From contig PKWT01000031.1 of assembly GCA_003132125.1 (NCBI GenBank), positions 1 to 33,109 on the forward strand: a stretch of DNA of 33,109 bases, read 5' to 3'. The position numbers and the translations under genes are program-made. This document shows, piece after piece, positions 16,095 through 22,432 of the stretch; within the stretch, counting starts at the first letter, position 1, and each line of letters starts with the position of its first letter. This DNA comes from Micrococcales bacterium. Lineage in GTDB: Bacteria; Actinomycetota; Actinomycetes; Actinomycetales; Dermatophilaceae. The notes below the pieces were generated by a model, which made no database searches, was not told where the DNA came from, and worked only from the letters and a program-made list of their open reading frames with translations.

Positions 16095-16261
16095 CGCGCA
16101 GCCCTCCGCTCGATGGCGTTCAGCGCGGAGATCATCGCGGCCGTCAGCAGCAGGGTCAGGATCGCGCGACCGTCCAGCCGCCCGGCTGGGGTCGGGGCGA
16201 TCAGCATCCACACGCACAACGCGGTCACCCCGAAGCCCAGGGCACCGATCGCCCGCGTCAT
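16091..16261 (-). CDS. Micro-ORF, 56-aa two-TM membrane protein (MTRAIGALGFGVTALCVWMLIAP...AILTLLLTAAMISALNAIERRAAR)
   Basis: Not in the ORF track. Own translation. ATGA overlap with the upstream stop (16258) and GTGA overlap with the downstream start (16094). Confidence 0.55.
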   Translation of the reverse strand: MTRAIGALGFGVTALCVWMLIAPTPAGRLDGRAILTLLLTAAMISALNAIERRAAR

Positions 16262-16518
16262 CGCTGGGCCGCCTTCACGCGCCGAGACTCACGCCGCATG
16301 GTCAGGCAGATCTCGCCGACCACGACCACCCAGAACGACCCGGCAGCACTGACGATCAGCAGCGGCACGTCGCTACGCGAACCAACCGCGTGCAACACCC
16401 ACGCGGCCGCGCAGATGAGGACCCAGGCCACCACGGTGACGATGGCCAGGTCGACCAAAACCTGAACGGGCGACCACACCAGCGCTGGTGCCGGTGCGGG
16501 CCCGGGCGCGGCGGTCAT
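16258..16518 (-). CDS. Small membrane protein (86 aa, 2-3 TM)
   Basis: ORF-track protein with hydrophobic stretches VLVDLAIVTVVAWVLICAAAWVL and LLIVSAAGSFWVVVVGEICL. ATGA overlap at the start. Confidence 0.7.
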   Translation of the reverse strand: MTAAPGPAPAPALVWSPVQVLVDLAIVTVVAWVLICAAAWVLHAVGSRSDVPLLIVSAAGSFWVVVVGEICLTMRRESRRVKAAQR

Positions 16519-16892
16519 CGCCGGCCGTCCTTGCGACGGGCATCATCCGCGGACATCGCGGCCAGGATCTCCACCGCGGCGAGAACCACCAGCGACGCGA
16601 GGAACGCGTCAGGCAGGGACGACGAGAGGTGCCGCACGATCACGACGACGAGCGAGACGACCACGACGCGGCGGAGCCACCTGCCGACGCGGGCGGCGTC
16701 CCGGATGAGCCGGTCGACCACGTCCTCGGCCGGGCCGACCGGGACATCGGCCGTGATCGGGCGGGCGTGCGCGGAGCGTGGCGGCGCACCGAAGAGGTGC
16801 GGGCGCCGGCAGTGCGAGTCGGTGCACGGGGCATACTCGGCGGCCCGGTCCGGGGCGAAGTGGAACCGAGGATCCGCGGTCCACTTGCTCAC
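16515..16892 (-). CDS. Membrane protein (125 aa) with N-terminal Cys/His segment and the RPITADVPVGPAE motif
   Basis: ORF-track protein with C-terminal TM stretches VVVVSLVVVIV and FLASLVVLAAVEILAAM. ATGA overlap at the start. Confidence 0.65.
   Translation of the reverse strand: MSKWTADPRFHFAPDRAAEYAPCTDSHCRRPHLFGAPPRSAHARPITADVPVGPAEDVVDRLIRDAARVGRWLRRVVVVSLVVVIVRHLSSSLPDAFLASLVVLAAVEILAAMSADDARRKDGRR
16725..16764. repeat. Copy B of the dispersed 40-nt repeat (37/40 identical to 14874..14913)
   Basis: See copy A. Both copies are in the minus-strand coding frame and encode RPITADVP(I/V)GPAE. Confidence 0.85.
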
Positions 16893-17113
16893 AGCGCACG
16901 ACCGAAGACCACGATGCGGACCGCGGCCACGGCCGTCTTGCCGTAGACGCGGCGGATGAACTGACGGTCCAGCACGCCGCGGACGTCGTCGAGGCTCGAC
17001 CCGCCCAGCAACAGCGAGCTGACGAGCCGCGCGAGACGGTCCGCGAGCGCCTGGTCGTTCAGGCCAAGGATGCGCTCAGCGGCGAGCGCGGGGATGAAGG
17101 TTCTCTTGAACAC
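16889..17113 (-). CDS. Hypothetical protein (74 aa)
   Basis: GTG start at 17113 with GGAAGG about 7 nt upstream. Its stop overlaps the next start. Confidence 0.62.
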   Translation of the reverse strand: MFKRTFIPALAAERILGLNDQALADRLARLVSSLLLGGSSLDDVRGVLDRQFIRRVYGKTAVAAVRIVVFGRAL

Positions 17114-17164
17114 GGTGGTGCCTTCCGAGTCGTCGAAGCCGGGGGCGGATGGAGAGAGAGCGGG

Positions 17165-17443
17165 TCAGGGCGTGGGGTCTGCGACGTCGATCGCCGCGTT
17201 GAAGGCCTTCAGGGCTGGGGCCGCACGGGCGAACTCGCGGCGGTACAGCTCGAGGTGAAGGTCGAGGTCCTGTTCGCTGCCACGCAGTGAGCCGAGGGCT
17301 CTGACCATGCGGTCGGCGGCCTGGTGCGCCTCGTCGCGCAGCCCGGCACGGTCCGCGGCCGGGTTGCCGACCGAGGGCGCGTGGTACGGGTCGAAGAACC
17401 GTGGCACGTGGCGCGGCACGTCCGCCGGCGATGGCGTGGTCAC
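17165..17443 (-). CDS. Hypothetical protein (92 aa)
   Basis: GTG 17443 forms a GTGA overlap with the cro-like stop. Confidence 0.65.
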   Translation of the reverse strand: MTTPSPADVPRHVPRFFDPYHAPSVGNPAADRAGLRDEAHQAADRMVRALGSLRGSEQDLDLHLELYRREFARAAPALKAFNAAIDVADPTP

Positions 17444-17682
17444 GACGCGACCCGCTGGCTGGACACGGCGGTCGGGTCGAGCAGGTCCGCGGCGCTGACG
17501 CCGAGGATCTCTGCGATGTGCGTGATGTCGTTGACGTCGAAGGCGGTCTGCCCGCTCAGCCGCCGCGCCATTGCGGACTGTGAGCGGCCGAGTCGATGTG
17601 CGAGTTTGGACCCTGAGATCCGCTGACGTGCTAGAGCTGCTCTGACTTCCTCGGCTACCCGCTGGGTGGGTGGTGGTTGCAT
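17440..17682 (-). CDS. Cro-like XRE-family HTH regulator (80 aa), first gene of the early lytic operon
   Basis: HTH RISGSKLAHRLGRSQSAMARRLSGQ. Divergent from, and paralogous to, the plus-strand HTH gene. Confidence 0.85.
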   Translation of the reverse strand: MQPPPTQRVAEEVRAALARQRISGSKLAHRLGRSQSAMARRLSGQTAFDVNDITHIAEILGVSAADLLDPTAVSSQRVAS

Positions 17683-17689
17683 GGCAGGG

Positions 17690-17719
17690 ACGCTAACTCA
17701 CTAGGAGGGTAAGTTGCAA
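17690..17719 (-). promoter_or_regulatory. Candidate early promoter (minus strand: -35 TTGCAA, 18-nt spacer, -10 TAGCGT) giving a leaderless cro-like mRNA
   Basis: Read on the reverse complement. The -10 ends 7 nt before the ATG at 17682, and there is no SD before that ATG. Confidence 0.4.
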
Positions 17720-17738
17720 GCGCGTTCAGCAGCGTGTC

Positions 17739-17746
17739 GCATATGC
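17739..17746. promoter_or_regulatory. 8-bp perfect palindrome GCATATGC between the divergent promoters; candidate operator core
   Basis: Read directly from the sequence. TGTCGC / TGTCAC half-site-like direct repeats flank or overlap it (17735..17740, 17753..17758). Confidence 0.3.
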
Positions 17747-17770
17747 TGGGAATGTCACCCACTCGGCGGG

Positions 17771-17799
17771 TTGATTTCCTGCTACGCGACCCCTACGTT
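17771..17799 (+). promoter_or_regulatory. Candidate repressor promoter (-35 TTGATT, 17-nt spacer, -10 TACGTT) giving a leaderless mRNA starting at ATG 17806
   Basis: Read directly from the sequence. The -10 ends 6 nt before the ATG, and no SD precedes 17806. Confidence 0.45.
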
Positions 17800-17805
17800 A
17801 GCCAC

Positions 17806-18249
17806 ATGAGTCAGCAAACGGTGCTACCGCTCCCCGATCCGCAGGAGGGCCTCACGAGCCAGATCGCGCGCGCGTTGCGCGGAGTGCTCGCCGAGCGTCA
17901 GATCAGTGGCAACCGTCTCGCGCACGAGACGGGCCTCTCACAGTCGCGGATCTCGCGGCGCCTTACCGGCGAGTATCCGCTGGACACCGACGAGCTCGAC
18001 GTGATTCTCACAGTGGTGGGGGTGTCGATCGACGAGCTGCTGGACCGGGCAGCGAGAAGCCCCCGTCCGGATGGTCCGGACGGGGGCCGAAGAACAGTGC
18101 GCCATCCGCGACTCGAACGCGGAACCCGCTGGTTAAGCGTCTGCGCTGGTCAGAGCGCCCCCGATGGGCCGGAGGGCGGAGCGGACGTCATCGCGTTCCC
18201 GGGCAGCCGTCGGTCCGCCAGCACCCCGGCCGGAACTGAGGCCGCCTGA
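17806..18249 (+). CDS. Repressor-like XRE-family HTH protein (147 aa from ATG 17806), with a long C-terminal tail ending ...PAGTEAA
   Basis: HTH QISGNRLAHETGLSQSRISRRLTGE, about half identical by eye to the Cro-like protein. It is co-oriented with int. The tail is read through a hairpin and a tRNA-like segment. In-frame upstream starts (17734 GTG, 17743, 17752) are possible. Confidence 0.8.
   Translation: MSQQTVLPLPDPQEGLTSQIARALRGVLAERQISGNRLAHETGLSQSRISRRLTGEYPLDTDELDVILTVVGVSIDELLDRAARSPRPDGPDGGRRTVRHPRLERGTRWLSVCAGQSAPDGPEGGADVIAFPGSRRSASTPAGTEAA
18059..18087 (-). terminator. Perfect 13-bp-stem hairpin (gcccccgtccgga / tccggacgggggc) lying 10 nt downstream of the tRNA-like 3' end on the minus strand
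   Basis: Read directly from the sequence. On the minus strand it is followed by cttctcgc. It lies inside the repressor ORF. Confidence 0.5.
18098..18139 (-). other. tRNA 3'-half mimic (T-arm, acceptor 3' strand, discriminator A); candidate attP core
   Basis: The minus strand reads GGTT CCGCG TTCGAGT CGCGG ATGGCGC A, a canonical T stem-loop plus a 7-nt acceptor strand. The upstream CGCTTAA resembles an anticodon loop, but no pairing anticodon stem and no 5' acceptor strand exist. It is therefore a fragment, not a gene. Confidence 0.5.
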
Positions 18250-18518
18250 TGAGCACCACGACGACCCACGCGGCCGCGCGCCCGACGTCGGGCGACGAGC
18301 TGTACACGATCGGACTCGCACTGCAGGCCGAGTACGCCCGGGGCCTGGCCGCCGGGCGCGCCGAGGCCAGCGCCGCGATCGCTACCCTCGCCATCCGCGA
18401 AGAGGCCAACTGGCAGGCCGCATACACCGAGCACCGATCCCGGTGGATGCCCATGAGCTGGTACCTCGACGCACTCGAGGACGCCCGGGCCGCGGCCGCC
18501 GGCAAGGTGACCCGGTGA
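18249..18518 (+). CDS. Hypothetical protein (89 aa)
   Basis: ATG overlaps the repressor stop (TGATG). Ala-rich and helical. Confidence 0.6.
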   Translation: MSTTTTHAAARPTSGDELYTIGLALQAEYARGLAAGRAEASAAIATLAIREEANWQAAYTEHRSRWMPMSWYLDALEDARAAAAGKVTR

Positions 18519-18847
18519 GCCCGCGCGGAGACCACTCCGAGTTCTCCGGGTTCGTTCGCCGGATCCTGCGCGCCTACTCGCGGCGGTGCGCGTGCGCCGA
18601 CCCCGACGACCTCACCGAGTTGCTCGCCCTGCAGGGCGAGGTCGACACCGCCATCACCGCCGCCGTGGCGGGCCTGCGCCGATCCGGCTTCTCGTGGGCC
18701 GAGATCGCCACCGCCGCGCACACCACACGGCAGGCCGCCCAGCAGCGCTGGGGCGTCAAGGCAGCCTTGACGACAGAACCAGTTGTGCTGAACGACACAC
18801 CAGCGACACCCGTGCGCACCATCCGCGTGGCCACAGCCGCGGTCTAG
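18515..18847 (+). CDS. Putative HTH protein (110 aa); possible excisionase/regulator
   Basis: GTG 18515 forms a GTGA overlap with the upstream stop. HTH-like GFSWAEIATAAHTTRQAAQQRWG. Confidence 0.6.
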   Translation: MSPRGDHSEFSGFVRRILRAYSRRCACADPDDLTELLALQGEVDTAITAAVAGLRRSGFSWAEIATAAHTTRQAAQQRWGVKAALTTEPVVLNDTPATPVRTIRVATAAV

Positions 18848-18868
18848 CGCACAGCGGCGCCGGACAGG

Positions 18869-19756
18869 GTGACCGGCGTGACCTACCCGCCGAACGCCTC
18901 GCCCTGGGACGTCCCCACGGCCGCCTGGCTCACCTGGCTCCGTTCCGACGGGCGACCACCAGAGTCGGTCGCCGTTCGACGCACCCAGATCAGCCGACTC
19001 GCCCGCGACCACGCCCGACACTCCCCCTGGGCACTGAGCACCCAAGACCTCGCCGACTGGCTCGCGGCACACCCGACCTGGTCCCCGGCCTACCGGCGAG
19101 CCATGCGCTCAGCCGTGCGCGGCTTCTACGCCTGGGCCCGGGCCACCGGCCTGACCGAACGCGACCCCGCCCAGCTGCTGCCCCGCACCCGCCCCACGCT
19201 CCCAAAGCCACGACCCATACCCGACCAGGTCGTGGAGATCACCCTGGACGACGACGCCACCACCGAACGCGTCAAGCTGATGGTCGAGCTCGGCCGCGAC
19301 TGCGGACTCCGACGAGCCGAGATCGCCGGCGTGCACACCCGCGACATCGAGACCGTGCGCGGCGTGCTGTTCCTGCGCGTGCACGGCAAGGGACGCCGCG
19401 AGCGCCTGGTCCCGCTGCCGCACGGACTGGCGTGGCGGCTGCGCGCCGAAGGCCCCGGGTGGGTGTTCCCGTCCCCCGCACGCCCCGGGAAGCCCCTGAC
19501 AGCCGCGCACGTGGGCCGACTGGTCCGGGGTGCCCTGGGAGGCCCGTGGACGACCCACACGCTGCGTCACGGGTACGCCACCGCGGCGTACCAGGTCGAC
19601 CGGGACCTGATCGCGGTCCGCGACCTACTCGGGCACTCCTCGGTCGCCACCACCCAGGTCTACGTGCTGGCACCCGACGACGCGATGCTCAAGGCAGCCC
19701 ACGGCGCCCAACTACGGCGCCGCGACTACGGACGCGAGACGAACACCGCCGCGTGA
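18869..19756 (+). CDS. int: Tyrosine integrase (295 aa), C-terminus ...GRETNTAA
   Basis: Catalytic-type motifs GLRRAEI, HTLRHGYAT and LLGHSSVATTQVY (R...HxxR...H..Y). Confidence 0.93.
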   Translation: MTGVTYPPNASPWDVPTAAWLTWLRSDGRPPESVAVRRTQISRLARDHARHSPWALSTQDLADWLAAHPTWSPAYRRAMRSAVRGFYAWARATGLTERDPAQLLPRTRPTLPKPRPIPDQVVEITLDDDATTERVKLMVELGRDCGLRRAEIAGVHTRDIETVRGVLFLRVHGKGRRERLVPLPHGLAWRLRAEGPGWVFPSPARPGKPLTAAHVGRLVRGALGGPWTTHTLRHGYATAAYQVDRDLIAVRDLLGHSSVATTQVYVLAPDDAMLKAAHGAQLRRRDYGRETNTAA

Positions 19757-19769
19757 GACGCGGCCGCGC

Positions 19770-20039
19770 TCAGGCGCCCGGGCCGGGACGCACGAACAGA
19801 GGCATGGCCGACAGGCGCCCGGATGCGCCGCCGCCAGAGCCCACGGCCCAGGTGTGCAGCTGCCAGCCGACGCCGATGATGATCGCCATCATCTGCTCGA
19901 TGTCGGCGATCCGACCGGACATGCCGCCCTGACCCGTCGGGGGCATCAGGATCGGGGTGAAGAAGGGCAGGCCCTCGTTCCATGCGTCGGCCGCGTCGGT
20001 GGCGACCCGGTCGAACTTCTTGTCCTTCATCCATGCCAT
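19770..20039 (-). CDS. Hypothetical protein (89 aa); stand-alone gene between the late-operon terminator and int
   Basis: Trimmed from the 183-aa ORF to ATG 20039. Sequence: MAWMKDKKFDRVATDAADAWNEGLPFFTPILMPPTGQGGMSGRIADIEQMMAIIIGVGWQLHTWAV. Confidence 0.62.
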   Translation of the reverse strand: MAWMKDKKFDRVATDAADAWNEGLPFFTPILMPPTGQGGMSGRIADIEQMMAIIIGVGWQLHTWAVGSGGGASGRLSAMPLFVRPGPGA

Positions 20040-20046
20040 GGGTCGA

Positions 20047-20052
20047 ACCGTA
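20047..20052 (-). promoter_or_regulatory. Candidate -10 (TACGGT on the minus strand) 7 nt upstream of ATG 20039; leaderless geometry
   Basis: The minus strand reads ggggcTACGGTtcgacccATG. The same TACGGTTCG string precedes ATG 22445 on the plus strand. Confidence 0.3.
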
Positions 20053-20101
20053 GCCCCTGACGCGCGACCACGGAGCAGACACGGCCGGTGACAGCACGAA
20101 G

Positions 20102-20129
20102 GCGCCCCCCACCCGAAGGTGGGGGGCGC
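20102..20129. terminator. Strong hairpin (12-bp perfect stem gcgccccccacc / ggtggggggcgc, loop cgaa); terminator of the late/lysis operon
   Basis: Read directly from the sequence. Sits in the 109-nt gap after the last late gene. No long U-tract, as is common in high-GC actinobacteria. Confidence 0.6.
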
Positions 20130-20148
20130 TCGTGCCGGGGTTGAGCGG

Positions 20149-20382
20149 TTAGGTGCGCGGAGGCCAGGACCAGTGCCCCGGCTCCGGCTCAGCCGAGAAC
20201 GGGACCGACGTGTTGAAGAAGACGCCGGTCGGGTTGAAGATCGCGAGGCCGACGCGATCGGGCTCCGTCGCCGTCGGCGACACGAGGCATGTGATGATCG
20301 CGGCGCGCGGTAGAGACCCATGCTCCCCGCCAGGGGTGCCGTAGGACTGGTAGTGGACGATCCGGCCGACGCTGGGCTCCAT
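20149..20382 (-). CDS. Hypothetical protein (77 aa), last gene of the late operon
   Basis: Trimmed from the 218-aa ORF to ATG 20382, 2 nt after the holin stop. Starts MEPSVGRIVHYQSYGTPGGEHGSLPRAAIITCL. Confidence 0.62.
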   Translation of the reverse strand: MEPSVGRIVHYQSYGTPGGEHGSLPRAAIITCLVSPTATEPDRVGLAIFNPTGVFFNTSVPFSAEPEPGHWSWPPRT

Positions 20383-20384
20383 GG

Positions 20385-20885
20385 TCAGGCTCCGATGCTG
20401 GGGTCGGGCACAGGCGCGGCGATGGGTGCCGGGGTGGGGATGGGTTCCGGGGTGGACTGCTCGAACACCGGCGCAGGCACGGGTGCGACGGGAACAGGGT
20501 CGGCGACCGGGTACGTGAACGCGACAGGCGGACTGACCTTCGGCCACGCGATCGTGACCCCGGCGACCTGCTCGGGGATCACCTGTGGCGCAGCGAAGGT
20601 GGTGACCGGGACCTGGTCGACGGGCGGTGTGACTACCAGGTCCGGGCGGTGGGTGTGTGGCGCGAGGTAGCCGCCCAGGAGCGCGAGCCCGGCCGGGAGC
20701 AGCGTCAGGAGCAGGCCTGCCACCGGGGCCGGTACAGCGGCCGTAGCGACGTCGGCGGACCCCGCGGCGGACGGCGCACCCCACACGGTGACGCCGAGCA
20801 CCCACAGCAGGAACGACGCCAGGGCGCCACCCACACCGCCGGCGGCCGCGGAGGCAGCCACCTTCGTCTCAAGGATTCTGGTCAT
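20385..20885 (-). CDS. Holin-like membrane protein (166 aa) with Pro-rich C-terminal tail
   Basis: Two TM stretches (GGVGGALASFLLWVLGVTVWG, VAGLLLTLLPAGLALLGGYL). Lies immediately downstream of the endolysin. ACGGAG SD. Confidence 0.7.
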   Translation of the reverse strand: MTRILETKVAASAAAGGVGGALASFLLWVLGVTVWGAPSAAGSADVATAAVPAPVAGLLLTLLPAGLALLGGYLAPHTHRPDLVVTPPVDQVPVTTFAAPQVIPEQVAGVTIAWPKVSPPVAFTYPVADPVPVAPVPAPVFEQSTPEPIPTPAPIAAPVPDPSIGA

Positions 20886-20898
20886 GGTCGAGCTCCGT

Positions 20899-21981
20899 TC
20901 AGGCGATGGTCGGCAGGAGCCACACGGGGTGCGTGGCCGGGAGGTCAGTGATCAGCGGGCTGTTGATCAGCACGTACTCGGCAGCGGTGATGTGTCGGAT
21001 GCCACCGCCGGCGAGCAGGAACGCGGCGCCCGTGACGTCGCCGGCCTTGCGGTACAGCTCGCCGGGGTCGCCGAGGATCTCCATCGACCACAGCGGGTTC
21101 GTGGGGCTCGCGACGGGCAGGATGCGAGGGGAACCCATGAGCGCGTAGGCGGCAGCGGTGAGGTGCTCGCGGCCGACCCCTGGGTGGACGTGCCACACGG
21201 CTGCGCCACCGGAGAGGCGGTAGGTCGCGGGGATCTGCCGATCGGCGTCCACGCGGTGGGAGATCTCGAGCACGGACTGCTCGACTTGGGCGCCCTGTGC
21301 GAGGACGGGTGCGACGACAGTCTGCAGGTCGGCGATGCTGGCCATGATGTCCTCCTGGGGTGGAACGGGTGCGGGCGGGATGACCGGTGCGGTTGGTGTG
21401 GTGCCGGCGGGAACCAGGACCGTGACGGGGACGCCGCGACCGGACCCGACCTGCAGGACGGTGCCGTGGAAGACCGACGCGTCACACGGGCGGGCGATCC
21501 CGGCGAACGACCGGGCGTTGGTGAACTGCCACATCACGTGGCTGACGGCCGGCTCGGCCTGCCCATAGGCGGCGATCCACTCGATGCCCACCCCGGGCAG
21601 GTGAGCGCGGGCGAATGCGAGACCCGAGTAGACCCACTCGACGGGGTCCTGCAGCGCATCGAGCCACGCCTGCCGGCGGCCGCGCTGATCTCCGGTGCCC
21701 TCCTCGAGGTCAAGGATCGCGACCTCACCGGGGAGCAGCGGGCCCGTCGTCGCCTGGAACGCATGCGCGGCCGCGGTCGGGTCAACAGATGCCGGCAAGT
21801 ACTGGTAGAACCCGCGCCAGGCCACGTGGCCGCGAGCGCCGTCACGGTTGCGCACCCAGTAGTTGTCGGGGCGCCACCCGTTGTGCACGCGGATGATGAC
21901 GGCGAGGTTCTGTGCCCCGTAGGCAGCCCAGTCGACAGCGCCCTGGAACTCGCTCACGTCCGCGATCACGATGTCGGTCAT
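20899..21981 (-). CDS. Endolysin: N-terminal GH25 muramidase plus C-terminal putative cell-wall-binding domain
   Basis: DVSEFQGAVDW...IRVHNGW...GFYQY fits a GH25-type N-terminus. A Pro/Thr linker is followed by a second domain. GGAGG SD. Confidence 0.88.
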   Translation of the reverse strand: MTDIVIADVSEFQGAVDWAAYGAQNLAVIIRVHNGWRPDNYWVRNRDGARGHVAWRGFYQYLPASVDPTAAAHAFQATTGPLLPGEVAILDLEEGTGDQRGRRQAWLDALQDPVEWVYSGLAFARAHLPGVGIEWIAAYGQAEPAVSHVMWQFTNARSFAGIARPCDASVFHGTVLQVGSGRGVPVTVLVPAGTTPTAPVIPPAPVPPQEDIMASIADLQTVVAPVLAQGAQVEQSVLEISHRVDADRQIPATYRLSGGAAVWHVHPGVGREHLTAAAYALMGSPRILPVASPTNPLWSMEILGDPGELYRKAGDVTGAAFLLAGGGIRHITAAEYVLINSPLITDLPATHPVWLLPTIA

Positions 21982-21993
21982 GTCAGCCTCCGG

Positions 21994-22362
21994 TCAGCGG
22001 TGGGGCAGCATCGAATAGAGGGAGTAGGCGATGCTCACGGCGCCGACAAGGAACCCGAAGAGCCGCGTCCGTGGCGTCCAGAACTTCTCGACCTTGACGA
22101 TCTCCGCGTGCGCCTGCGCCTCCTGGGCTTCCTTGGCTTCCTTGACTGCCTGCGCCGTCGCGACACGGGTCGCGGCGTCGGTCACGCGCGCCTCGGTGAG
22201 GGTCTGCACGGTCGCCGTCAGGCTCTGGGCGATCTCGACGGTCTTGGCGAGGACCGTGTTCGTCGCCTTGATCTGCTCTTCATGGTGGTCGAGCTTGGTG
22301 AGAATCTTCCCGGTCTCGATACCCCGGGCGTAGGCCTCCTGGGGGGTCTCCGTGATAGTCAC
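21994..22362 (-). CDS. Coiled-coil protein with C-terminal TM anchor (122 aa); lysis-cassette accessory protein
   Basis: Trimmed to GTG 22362. VTITETPQEAYARGIETGKILTKLDHHEEQIK...FGFLVGAVSIAYSLYSML. The longer 196-aa version is probably an antisense shadow of 22445..22666. Confidence 0.55.
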   Translation of the reverse strand: MTITETPQEAYARGIETGKILTKLDHHEEQIKATNTVLAKTVEIAQSLTATVQTLTEARVTDAATRVATAQAVKEAKEAQEAQAHAEIVKVEKFWTPRTRLFGFLVGAVSIAYSLYSMLPHR

Positions 22363-22432
22363 GAGACGGACTTGCTGGCACGGTCGGGCATGGTGGTTCC
22401 CATCTGGCTCGGTGGGCGGGTGGGCGGAGCGG

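Noticed and set aside
17714-17809. Possible 31-codon upstream ORF (TTG start 5 nt after AGGAGG; peptide with CxxCxxC) whose TGA overlaps the repressor ATG as ATGA.
   Set aside because: The TTG and the AGGAGG fall inside the -35 element and spacer of the better-supported minus-strand cro promoter. The repressor ATG also has a well-spaced promoter of its own consistent with a leaderless mRNA. I kept it as a note only; ribosome profiling could revive it.
18098-18170. A complete tRNA gene on the minus strand.
   Set aside because: Only the T-arm, acceptor 3' strand and discriminator are canonical. The would-be anticodon stem pairs at 3 of 5 positions at best, loop position 33 is not T, and there is no 5' acceptor strand complementary to ATGGCGC. 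I interpret it as an attP-type tRNA fragment.
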